Positions 38,066-46,192 of a stretch of 47,323 nt of DNA are shown in pieces. The stretch is from contig JBBQDW010000001.1 in NCBI GenBank assembly GCA_038320085.1, positions 1 to 47,323 on the forward strand, written 5' to 3'. Under the pieces are notes generated by a model. That model was not told the DNA's origin and did not search any database. It saw only the letters and a list, made by a program, of their open reading frames with translations. Made by a program: the position numbers and the translations under genes. The DNA comes from Candidatus Humimicrobiales bacterium. Its GTDB lineage: Bacteria > Actinomycetota > Humimicrobiia > Humimicrobiales > Humimicrobiaceae. Positions within the stretch are counted from its first letter, which is position 1; every line of letters starts with the position of its first letter.

Positions 38066-39736
38066 TTATGCCCTGCTATTTAATGAGGATTTGTTGCTTC
38101 CCAGGCTGGTTTTTATTATATCAAGAAAGTCCTTATTTGTTTTTGTTTTCCTCATATAATCAATAAGCTGTTCTATTGCAACCTCAGATTCTTTTTCATG
38201 CACTATCCTTCTTAATTTCCATACCTGTTTTGCTTCTTCTTCTTCCATCAGGAGTTCTTCTTTTCGGGTTCCTGAACGGGTTATGTCAATTGCCGGGAAG
38301 ATTCTTTTATCGGCAAGTTTCCTGTCAAGATTAAGTTCCATGTTGCCGGTACCTTTAAACTCTTCAAATATTACTTCATCCATTCTGCTGCCGGTGTCAA
38401 CCAGTGCGGTCGCAAGAATAGTGAGACTGCCGCCGAATTCAATGTTTCGGGCCGCGCCAAAAAACCTTTTGGGAGGGAAAAGCGCAGTTGAATCAACACC
38501 GCCGGAAAGTACCCTGCCGCTTGCAGGCAACGAAAGGTTGTATGCCCTTGCAAGACGGGTAATACTGTCAAGCAGTATAAGCACATCCTTGCCATGTTCA
38601 ACAAGTCTTTTGGCTCGCTGAAGAACCAGCTCTGCAACCTGGATGTGGTTTTCAGAAGGCTGATCAAATGTAGAACTTACGACTTCCCCTTTTACGGACC
38701 TTTCCATATCAGTTACTTCTTCAGGCCTTTCATCGACCAGCAGAACCATAATATAGACTTCAGGATTGTTTTCGGAAACACTGTTTGCAATGTCTTTCAA
38801 TATCGTTGTTTTGCCCGCTTTTGGCGGCGATACGATAAGGCCTCTCTGACCCTTTCCAATCGGGGCAATAAGGTCGATTATTCTTGATGTAATGTTTGGG
38901 TGAGATGTCTCCATCAGTAACCTGTCCATCGGATAAATAGGAGTCAGCGATTCAAAAGGCTTTCTTTTCCTTACAAATTCAGGGTCGACATCATTTACCT
39001 TTTCTATCCTCAAAAGAGCATTGTATTTTTCACTGTCTTTTGGCGCCCTTACGACTCCGTAAACCTCATCTCCCTGCCTCAAATGGAATCTTCTTATCTG
39101 TGACTGCGAAACATATATATCATGGGCCCCCTGAAGGTATCCGTTTGTGCGAAGAAATCCATAACCCTCAGATAATATATCCAAAATGCCTTTCATTTTT
39201 TCTTCAGATTCATCAGGCTCCGGTTCAAGCGCTTTGTCAGCTTCAGATTCCCTGGCTGGGGTCCTTGAAGAAGCGGCTTCATCTTTCCCTTTATGGCCCG
39301 CTGCTTTTAAAGTTCTTGTCTGCTGGGACCGGCTTTCCCGGGCATCTAAAACTTCGCTAACCTCTTCCCCCTCAAAATCTTCAGTTATAATCCCTGACGC
39401 CTCTTTTGCACCCTGCACTTCGCCATACGAAGCCAAAACCTCATTATCCTTGACAATTTCGGCATCCGCGGTAATTTCCGCAGCAGCTCCAATGTCTTTT
39501 TGCGGGGCCTCAAATGACCTGTCAACAGGGGCTTTTTCTTCGGCTGCCAAAGACACTGAGCCGGCATTTAATGCTTTGCCCAGCCTTTCAGCAAACTCGA
39601 GTATTTTTTCAATAAGTCCCTCTTTTTTAATATTGGATGTTCCACGGATATTAAGCTCCTTGGAGATCTCTTTGAGATCCGCAAGAGTCTTGGTTTCCAG
39701 ATTATCCCTGGTTAATCCCTTTAATTCTTCTGACAA
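38066..39736 (-). CDS. rho: Transcription termination factor Rho with a ~130-aa N-terminal insertion domain
   Basis: N-terminal L..L....L.E.A.EL.I helix bundle, and a cold-shock-like [14 protein letters not shown]. Walker [10 protein letters not shown]-loop and R-loop regions, and [13 protein letters not shown]. An acidic/Ala-rich insertion lies between the N-terminal bundle and the CSD. Confidence 0.95.
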   Translation of the reverse strand: MSEELKGLTRDNLETKTLADLKEISKELNIRGTSNIKKEGLIEKILEFAERLGKALNAGSVSLAAEEKAPVDRSFEAPQKDIGAAAEITADAEIVKDNEVLASYGEVQGAKEASGIITEDFEGEEVSEVLDARESRSQQTRTLKAAGHKGKDEAASSRTPARESEADKALEPEPDESEEKMKGILDILSEGYGFLRTNGYLQGAHDIYVSQSQIRRFHLRQGDEVYGVVRAPKDSEKYNALLRIEKVNDVDPEFVRKRKPFESLTPIYPMDRLLMETSHPNITSRIIDLIAPIGKGQRGLIVSPPKAGKTTILKDIANSVSENNPEVYIMVLLVDERPEEVTDMERSVKGEVVSSTFDQPSENHIQVAELVLQRAKRLVEHGKDVLILLDSITRLARAYNLSLPASGRVLSGGVDSTALFPPKRFFGAARNIEFGGSLTILATALVDTGSRMDEVIFEEFKGTGNMELNLDRKLADKRIFPAIDITRSGTRKEELLMEEEEAKQVWKLRRIVHEKESEVAIEQLIDYMRKTKTNKDFLDIIKTSLGSNKSSLNSRA

Positions 39737-40015
39737 TTTATATTTCTCCTTTCAAGTCCCTTAAAATTATAAAAAGTTTTTAAGGGGATAGTGATTAAAA
39801 TGGATTTGTGAAAAAAAGCATAATAATAACTAAAATTAAATAATGATTCTGTAAATATAAAAGTTATTTTTTAAAATTCGGGAGTTAATTAGAATCCTTA
39901 CAATACATATCGTCAATTTTTAAGAAAAATTGAATAAAAATGAAGAAATTTTCTATTCCGAATAACAAACTTTAACAAAACCTTGCATACGATACTATAT
40001 ACTTATAATGAAAAA

Positions 40016-40135
40016 TGCAAGTAAATTTTTTATTTTGAGGTAATAAATCTAAAAATAATTAATATCGATGCTCTAAAGAGGGATTATTGTGCTCTGAGGG
40101 GGGGGTTATTGTTGATAATAACCCCCATTTTTTTT
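40016..40135 (+). ncRNA. Candidate ~120-nt small RNA (promoter plus intrinsic terminator on the strand opposite both neighbours)
   Basis: TTGCAT (39983-39988), 15-16 nt, then TATAAT (40004-40009). The hairpin is GGGGGTTATT-GTTGAT-AATAACCCCC (40101-40126), followed by A and T8 (40128-40135). The region holds no plausible ORF. It contains a 21-nt direct repeat, TGCTCTAAAGAGGGATTATTG / TGCTCTGAGGGGGGGTTATTG. Confidence 0.3.
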
Positions 40136-40142
40136 ATTTTTA

Positions 40143-40241
40143 TTTTATGAAACTAAAAGTCTTCCCTGTTTAGAATTTTATGAACTAAAAGTCTTCCCCG
40201 TTTAGAATTTTATGAAACTAAAGGTCTTCCCCGTCTTAAAA
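40143..40241. repeat. Three tandem 32-34-nt units abutting the trpB2 stop codon
   Basis: TTTTATGAAACTAAAAGTCTTCCCTGTTTAGAA / TTTTATGAACTAAAAGTCTTCCCCGTTTAGAA / TTTTATGAAACTAAAGGTCTTCCCCGTCTTAAAA. The last unit contains the TAA stop on the minus strand. Confidence 0.9.
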
Positions 40242-41597
40242 CTTCGGGAGCTTTGACAGAGATTCTTTGACTTTTTCTGCCGGATATTTGAAATCTTTAA
40301 GATGTCCATCCAGATATTGTTCATAAGAGCCCAAATCCAGATGGCCGTGCCCGCTGAAATTGAAGGCTATTACTTTCTTTTCACCTGTTTGTTTGCACTT
40401 TAAGGCCTCGTCAATTGCGGTCCTTATGGCATGGTTGGTTTCAGGGGCAGGAATAATACCCTCGGTTTTTGCAAAAATCGCTCCTGCTTCAAACGCTCCT
40501 GTCTGTGATACTGCGACTGCCTCAATTAAATTTTCGTGCTTGAGAAGACTGACCTGTGGGGACATGCCGTGATAACGAAGCCCGCCTGCATGAATTCCTG
40601 CAGGAACAAAATCATGTCCGAGAGTGTACATCTTTGTAATCGGAGCAAGCTTGGCAGTATCGCCATAATCATAGACAAACTCACCTTTTGTAAGGGTGGG
40701 GCAGGCATCAGGCTCTACAGCAATGATGCGCATTTTATCGTTTTTCTTTTTGTCCGGAATAAATGGGAATGCAAAACCACCGAAATTACTCCCGCCGCCT
40801 GCGCAGGCTATTAAAATATCAGGATAATCCCCGACTTTCTCAAACTGCTTTTTAGCTTCAAGGCCAATAATTGTCTGGTGCAGCAGTACATGGTTTAAAA
40901 CACTTCCAAGAGAATATTTACCGCCGCTTTTTACTGCATCTTCCACTGCTTCACTGATTGCAATGCCCAGCGAGCCATTTGAGTTCGGGTCCTGGGCCAG
41001 TATTGCCCTACCTGACTCGGTCCTGTCTGATGGTGACGGAAATACTTCTGCGCCCCATAGTTTTATCATGGTCCTTCTGTAAGGCTTCTGGTTATAGCTT
41101 ACCCTTACCATATATACGGTTACTTCGATGTCAAAAAGATTGCCCGCAAATGCAAGGGCACATCCCCACTGGCCGGCGCCAGTCTCAGTGCATATCCTCT
41201 TGGTCCCTTCTTTTTTATTGTAATATGCCTGGGCCACAGCAGTATTCGGTTTGTGGCTTCCCGCAGGGCTCACACTTTCATTCTTGAAGTATATTCTTGC
41301 AGGTGTATCAAGATATTTTTCCAGCCTGTCTGCACGCACAAGCGGTGACGGTCTCCACATCTTATAGATGTCAAGGATCTCTTTCGGAATATCAATGAGC
41401 CTGTCCATAGATACTTCCTGCCTTATAATCTCCATGGGGAAAAGCACTGCCAGATCGTCCAGTCCCAGAGGTTTGCCTGTTGCCGGATGGAGGGGCGGGT
41501 CAAGCGGTTTTGGAAGGTCAGGATTAATATTGTACCATTGCTTCGGCATATCGTTTTCTGAAAGATATATCTTTTTTTCTCTATCATCTAAAGCCAT
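40236..41597 (-). CDS. trpB: Tryptophan synthase beta chain, TrpB2 (long, stand-alone) subfamily
   Basis: 453 aa. PLP-lysine region [15 protein letters not shown], and GGGSNFGG. The N-terminal extension ([16 protein letters not shown]) is characteristic of TrpB2. No trpA is adjacent. Confidence 0.9.
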   Translation of the reverse strand: MALDDREKKIYLSENDMPKQWYNINPDLPKPLDPPLHPATGKPLGLDDLAVLFPMEIIRQEVSMDRLIDIPKEILDIYKMWRPSPLVRADRLEKYLDTPARIYFKNESVSPAGSHKPNTAVAQAYYNKKEGTKRICTETGAGQWGCALAFAGNLFDIEVTVYMVRVSYNQKPYRRTMIKLWGAEVFPSPSDRTESGRAILAQDPNSNGSLGIAISEAVEDAVKSGGKYSLGSVLNHVLLHQTIIGLEAKKQFEKVGDYPDILIACAGGGSNFGGFAFPFIPDKKKNDKMRIIAVEPDACPTLTKGEFVYDYGDTAKLAPITKMYTLGHDFVPAGIHAGGLRYHGMSPQVSLLKHENLIEAVAVSQTGAFEAGAIFAKTEGIIPAPETNHAIRTAIDEALKCKQTGEKKVIAFNFSGHGHLDLGSYEQYLDGHLKDFKYPAEKVKESLSKLPKF

Positions 41598-41867
41598 TTT
41601 ATTTGCATCTCCTTTAAATTATTAATAATTCTTACTAAAATATTTGTATCAAATCCATAAGAACTGCCGGTGGAAAATAACTGCTGGCATTTAAATCACT
41701 ACATCCTTTCTTTTTTAGAATTTTTTTAATTCTTAATTAATCTTTCATTCCGTCACAGTAAGTAAAGGTTTCATAAAAAATCTCTATAAGGTTTTTACAG
41801 CTTCTGCTTCCAAAGTTTTCTTCTAATGTCCCCTTTAGAGCTTCTTTTATGATATTTAAGCCCCTAA

Positions 41868-42165
41868 AAATAAAAAAACCCCTACTATCTCTACGAATTG
41901 TAGAGACGAGAGGTTTAAAATTCCCGCGGTGCCACCCTACTTCACAGCATATGCTGTGCGCTTGTTTTTTTGGATACAACTATATATCCCTATCCTTTGA
42001 TTACGGAGGAAGCCGGGTTGCCATACTCGCCTTGCTCATTATGCAGGTTTTGTGGCAGCCACCTCACAGGTCCATTCAAACATCAGTACTGCAGCCGCCA
42101 TCTCACCGCCAGCGATTCTCTGTATGCTACTTAATGCCCTACTACTCCTGATCACAGGTTTTAAA
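41868..42165 (-). promoter_or_regulatory. T-box riboswitch leader with a Trp (UGG) specifier and intrinsic terminator, controlling trpB2
   Basis: Read on the minus strand. Stem I has a K-turn-like ACCT-GTGA-TCAGG ... CCTG-TGA-GGT, an AGTAGTA box, an AGAGA bulge and a GGTGAGA distal loop. The specifier loop is GAA-TGG-A (TGG at 42072-42074). The T-box motif AGTAGGGTGGCACCGCGGGA lies at 41921-41940. The terminator is CCTCTCGTCTCTAC-AATTC-GTAGAGATAGTAGGGG plus T7 (41873-41914). Confidence 0.85.
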
Positions 42166-42468
42166 GCAATGTTTTTAGTTTTCAAGTAAACAATTACTTT
42201 TAAAATGTTTTTAAATGCCTTTTTTAAAACGCAGTTTCCAGCCTGCCGGCAAGCACTTAAAGTTACAATCCAAAAAGTAGTATATATTTAAACATAAATA
42301 CAAAAAAATGCAAGGACTTTATTTTAGATGACATAATTGCTGACTATTGACAGTAAAATACTAAATCCTTCCGGGTTTCTGGATTTAACCAGATAAAACT
42401 TTAAAAAATCAGGGAGGTCTATTTCAATATTAATAGGATTAAGAGCCCGGGTTTGAGTAGTACGGAAC

Positions 42469-43722
42469 TTAAAAAAATTTTAATTCATATAATCTGTAGA
42501 AAGGCAAAAATGTAATTGTTGTTTCGCCTGCATTTATTATTGTATGGCTGCTGTTTAAGTTAATTACATAGGCCTGTTTACAATTATATTTTTTAATAAA
42601 GCTCAATAATGACCTTGGAACAGCCGGCTTTTTTATTTGGGAGTATTTGACTTCAATCGGGATATAAGAATTTCCAAAATTAATGACAAAGTCCACTTCA
42701 GCTTTTTCTTTTGTGCGCCAGAAGTTTATTGTGGCAGAAGTTTCTTTTAATTTTTCATAAAGAATATTGTATACGAAGTTTTGGAATAAAAAACCCAAAT
42801 CAGATATGGCTTCAGGTTTACCAAAAACATTCAGTGAGAAATTCCTGTTGCCAAGATCTGTGAAATAAAAGACCGGCGATTTGGTTATTTCTTTCCTTAC
42901 ATTTTTATAAAATGGAGATACTTTTTTTAAGATGAATGTTTTTTCCAGATACCATATATATTTCTTTAAGGTTTGAATATTTAAGGATACAGTGTTTGAT
43001 ATTTCAGAGTAATTGACTAATTTACCAATCTGGGAAGCTATCACTCTTATCAAATTTAAAAAATTTTCCCCTTTTTCTATATTAAGCAAATAATAAATAT
43101 CTTTCTCAAGATAGCTTTGGAATATTTCTTTTATGGCCGAATTCTTTTCTTCAAAAGTTTCTGCAAGGATAACCTTGGGATAACCTCCGTAAGAAATATA
43201 CTCCTCCAGTAATTTATTTGTTTTTTGTTCTTCAAGCTTAAAAAAATCCATTAGTTTTTCTTCATATGCGTAATCTGTTTTATAATTGACAAATTCATTA
43301 AAGCTGATGGTGGAAAGCTCAAATATTTGTTTTCTTCCTGCTAGAGACTCATGTATTTTTTCTTTCAGTTCCAGGCTGCCGGAACCGGAAATAATAAATT
43401 TATAATCAAAATTCTGGTCATAGATACCTTTTAAAAAAACACCTGCATCATTTTTCCTCTGTATTTCATCTATAAAAACAAAACCATGCTTACCTACTTC
43501 CAACTCAACTTTTTTAATCAAATCAATTTGTGAGTTCAAAAACCGCTTGTCCGTCTCAATATCAAGGTTTAAAAAAAGAACCTTTTTATCATTTTTTACC
43601 AGTTCATCCTTAAGTTTTAGCATAAGTGTTGTTTTACCAGCTTGCCTGGGGCCGGTAATCAAGGTTATTTCTTTTTTTGACAAGTGTTTTTTTAAATTAT
43701 TATATATATCTCTTTTAATCAT
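42469..43722 (-). CDS. AAA+ ATPase of the AAA_14 / DUF4143 type
   Basis: 417 aa. Walker A ITGPRQAGKTTL and Walker B GFVFIDEIQ. The C-terminal EVDFVI...IPIEVKYS is typical of the DUF4143 (restriction-endonuclease-like) module. It is visibly more AT-rich than the flanking genes. Confidence 0.8.
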   Translation of the reverse strand: MIKRDIYNNLKKHLSKKEITLITGPRQAGKTTLMLKLKDELVKNDKKVLFLNLDIETDKRFLNSQIDLIKKVELEVGKHGFVFIDEIQRKNDAGVFLKGIYDQNFDYKFIISGSGSLELKEKIHESLAGRKQIFELSTISFNEFVNYKTDYAYEEKLMDFFKLEEQKTNKLLEEYISYGGYPKVILAETFEEKNSAIKEIFQSYLEKDIYYLLNIEKGENFLNLIRVIASQIGKLVNYSEISNTVSLNIQTLKKYIWYLEKTFILKKVSPFYKNVRKEITKSPVFYFTDLGNRNFSLNVFGKPEAISDLGFLFQNFVYNILYEKLKETSATINFWRTKEKAEVDFVINFGNSYIPIEVKYSQIKKPAVPRSLLSFIKKYNCKQAYVINLNSSHTIINAGETTITFLPFYRLYELKFF

Positions 43723-43763
43723 ATTTATAAGTGGATTAATATATTGAAAATTAATTGAATATC

Positions 43764-43815
43764 ATTATAACCCGATAATATTAATAGTCAAGTAACAATT
43801 TTATCGGGTTATAAT
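43764..43815 (-). promoter_or_regulatory. Near-consensus sigma-70-type promoter embedded in a perfect 15-bp inverted repeat, upstream of the AAA+ ATPase gene
   Basis: The minus strand reads TTGACT-16 nt-TATAAT (plus coordinates 43786-43791 and 43764-43769). ATTATAACCCGATAA (43764-43778) is the exact reverse complement of TTATCGGGTTATAAT (43801-43815). Confidence 0.45.
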
Positions 43816-43962
43816 GAGAAAACACGCTGGCATCTTCAAGGCATATTACACTTGCAGGTAATACCGGATATGTTAAAGAATTTAAAAATCAGCAGCTACT
43901 GGTTTTCATACAAACCCATTATGTTTAAAAATTATCAATCCCGGTTTTAATGCAGGCTCATT

Positions 43963-44913
43963 TTATTTAAAAATCGGCAGACCCTGGTTTTCATTTAGGC
44001 CCATTACTCTTTTTGCGACCTGGTTAAATGAGTAATTTAAAAACGTATCCCATATATTAAATTGTGTGGCGCCTATTACATTCGGTTCGCCTTTTATGCC
44101 TGCAAGTTCTGCTGCGAGCTTTTCGGCATCCCTGTATGTCCCTATTTTATCGATGAGCCCAAGGTCCAACGCTTCAGTTCCGAGGTAGACCCAGCCTGTT
44201 GCAATTTCTGTTACTTTTGCTACCGGGATATTGCGGCTCTGCGCAACGTCATTAATAAACTGGTCGTATACTTTAAATGTCTGCTCCTGCAATAAAGCCT
44301 GTTCTTCGGCGGTCAGTGGCCTGTCAGGACTGCCGGCATCCTTGTATTTGCCTGCTTTAATTGTTGTGTATGTTATACCGAGCTTCTTATAAAGTTCTTC
44401 AAGGTTTGTTATCTGCATTATTACTCCTATGCTTCCAATTGAGGAGGACCTGTTAGCAACAATCTGGTCCGCAGCACAGGCAATATAATATGCGCCGGAA
44501 GCGCACATATCACCGACTGATACAACGACAGGCTTTTTTATTTTTTTGAGTTCTTCAAATATTTCCTGGGATGCCGCTGCACTTCCACCGCCGCTGTTGA
44601 CCCTGATAATTATTGCTTTAACCCCGGGATTTCTATCAGCGCTTATTAGCTGTTCGATTATGCTTTCCGGCGTTATCGATGCACCGCCAAGAAGCCCTGA
44701 AGACTGGGTGCCGGAAATAACGCCTTCCATCCTTATAAGATAGATCGAATCGGTACCGGCGGCCATGCTGCCACCTGTAACTGCATTGCCAAGGCCCCCT
44801 ACAGCCAGTCCGCCTATAAAGCACGCACTGCCCAATATGCAAAGGACAAAAAGCCCCAGGAAAACAAAACCCACTATCCTGCCTGCGCTCATTTTTTTAT
44901 TTGTAGTCGTCAT
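43963..44913 (-). CDS. sppA: Signal peptide peptidase SppA (36K type, S49 family)
   Basis: N-terminal TM helix, NSGGGSAAASQEI, GDMCASGAYYIA (Ser nucleophile context), and K in GKYKD. Confidence 0.85.
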   Translation of the reverse strand: MTTTNKKMSAGRIVGFVFLGLFVLCILGSACFIGGLAVGGLGNAVTGGSMAAGTDSIYLIRMEGVISGTQSSGLLGGASITPESIIEQLISADRNPGVKAIIIRVNSGGGSAAASQEIFEELKKIKKPVVVSVGDMCASGAYYIACAADQIVANRSSSIGSIGVIMQITNLEELYKKLGITYTTIKAGKYKDAGSPDRPLTAEEQALLQEQTFKVYDQFINDVAQSRNIPVAKVTEIATGWVYLGTEALDLGLIDKIGTYRDAEKLAAELAGIKGEPNVIGATQFNIWDTFLNYSFNQVAKRVMGLNENQGLPIFK

Positions 44914-44946
44914 TTTTAAACCTGCTTTAAATTTAATTGATTTATA

Positions 44947-46182
44947 TCATTTTTTCTTTAAAAAGTAATCCATGAGTTTATGCCCTTCATCTATAAATAT
45001 GCCGGTTGAAGCAGGATAAAACTCATCATATAATATGGACGGATTTTTTGCACCTGCCGTCTGGCTGTCATATATCAGGAAAGGAACGGGGTCCGAAGTG
45101 TGCGTCCTTTTAATTATCGGGGTTGGATGGTCAGGAAGTATCATTATGCTGTAATCAGTTTTCAGCATATCCATCTGTTCTTTTAAAACTCTTATAACCT
45201 TATTGTCAATTAACTCAATGGCCCTTATCTTTTCAGAAACATTCCCCTGATGTCCGCACTCATCCGGGGCCTCTATGTGGATATATACAAAATCCTGCCC
45301 GTTTTTGAGCTCGCTTATGGCGGCCCTGGCCTTACCTTCAAAATCTGTATGAATGTTTCCGGTAGCTCCTTTTACATCAACGGGTTTTAAACCCGCGCAT
45401 ATCCCTATTCCCTTTACCAAATCGACCGCCGAAATCACCGAGCCGTTAACTCCATATTTTTCATAAAATGAGCCCAGCGCAGGCTTTAGGGCCCTGGCCC
45501 ATATCCATATCGAGTTTGCAGGCTTTTTGCCTTCTTTTATCCTCTTTGCATTTACCGGGTGGCCCTTTAAAATCAGGCCCGACTTAATCATTAAATCTAA
45601 AAAAACGCCGGCGTTTTTACCCTTTGGCAGATAACCTGCTATTTGCTGCCCCGAAATATCGTGGGGTGGAATAAGTTCCAGAGTGTTATCAGTATCACCA
45701 ATACCATTTCGCCAAACGATTATATGACGATAGCTGACTCCGCAGTAGAATCTTATCTGTTCGGTCTGCAATACTTTAGCTATATCATTTATCAATATTT
45801 TTGCTTCTTCGGTAGTTATTTCTCCTGCAGAGTAATCCAGCATCATTTTTTCATTGTAATTATTTTCACCTGATAATGTGACAAGGTTGGCCCTGAAAGT
45901 CACATCGTTTTCAGAAAGCTTTATTCCCATACTTACCGCTTCAAGAGATGACCTGCCCGTTGAGTATATCCTGGGATCATACCCGAGTATTGACAGGTTT
46001 GCAGCATCACTTCCAGGCGCTACTCCGTGTGGTATTGTCTTTACCATTCCGACAACGCCATGGCGGGCAAGCAGGTCGATTACCGGTTTGCTTGCAGACT
46101 GCAGGGGTGTTTTGTTCCCAAGCTCTGCTACCGGATAATCTGAGGCTCCGTCAATTAAAACTACAATATATTTTTTGTTCAT
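44947..46182 (-). CDS. Cofactor-independent phosphoglycerate mutase family protein (archaeal ApgM-like), possible homoserine kinase analogue
   Basis: MNKKYIVVLIDGASDYP N-terminus, HIEAPDECGHQG and ILPDHPTP metal-site motifs of the alkaline-phosphatase-superfamily ApgM group. The track ORF begins at a TTG at 46203 that overlaps thrC. The ATG at 46182 matches the usual family N-terminus. Confidence 0.8.
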   Translation of the reverse strand: MNKKYIVVLIDGASDYPVAELGNKTPLQSASKPVIDLLARHGVVGMVKTIPHGVAPGSDAANLSILGYDPRIYSTGRSSLEAVSMGIKLSENDVTFRANLVTLSGENNYNEKMMLDYSAGEITTEEAKILINDIAKVLQTEQIRFYCGVSYRHIIVWRNGIGDTDNTLELIPPHDISGQQIAGYLPKGKNAGVFLDLMIKSGLILKGHPVNAKRIKEGKKPANSIWIWARALKPALGSFYEKYGVNGSVISAVDLVKGIGICAGLKPVDVKGATGNIHTDFEGKARAAISELKNGQDFVYIHIEAPDECGHQGNVSEKIRAIELIDNKVIRVLKEQMDMLKTDYSIMILPDHPTPIIKRTHTSDPVPFLIYDSQTAGAKNPSILYDEFYPASTGIFIDEGHKLMDYFLKKK

Positions 46183-46192
46183 TTTTTGCTCG

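Noticed and set aside
39186-39764. 192-aa Ser/Ala-rich plus-strand ORF.
   Set aside because: It lies antisense to the Rho N-terminal insertion domain. Its low-complexity composition mirrors the Glu/Ala-rich sense frame.
41598-41867. Trp leader-peptide attenuator (MPAVIFHRQFLWI, 13 codons) between the T-box terminator and trpB2.
   Set aside because: It has only one Trp codon, no convincing Shine-Dalgarno, and no alternative terminator/antiterminator hairpins downstream. The T-box already accounts for Trp-responsive control.
41737-42151. ORFs 41737-41979 (minus, 80 aa) and 41849-42151 (plus, 100 aa) upstream of trpB2.
   Set aside because: Both overlap the T-box leader, whose conserved RNA elements (specifier loop, T-box motif, terminator) fully explain the region. 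The peptides have no recognisable features.
42380-42468. Possible tRNA fragment or integration (att) scar next to the AAA+ ATPase (CCGGGTTTCTGG and CCCGGGTTTGAG).
   Set aside because: Only a 7-8-nt direct match, no T-arm or acceptor-like structure, and no integrase nearby. This is insufficient evidence.
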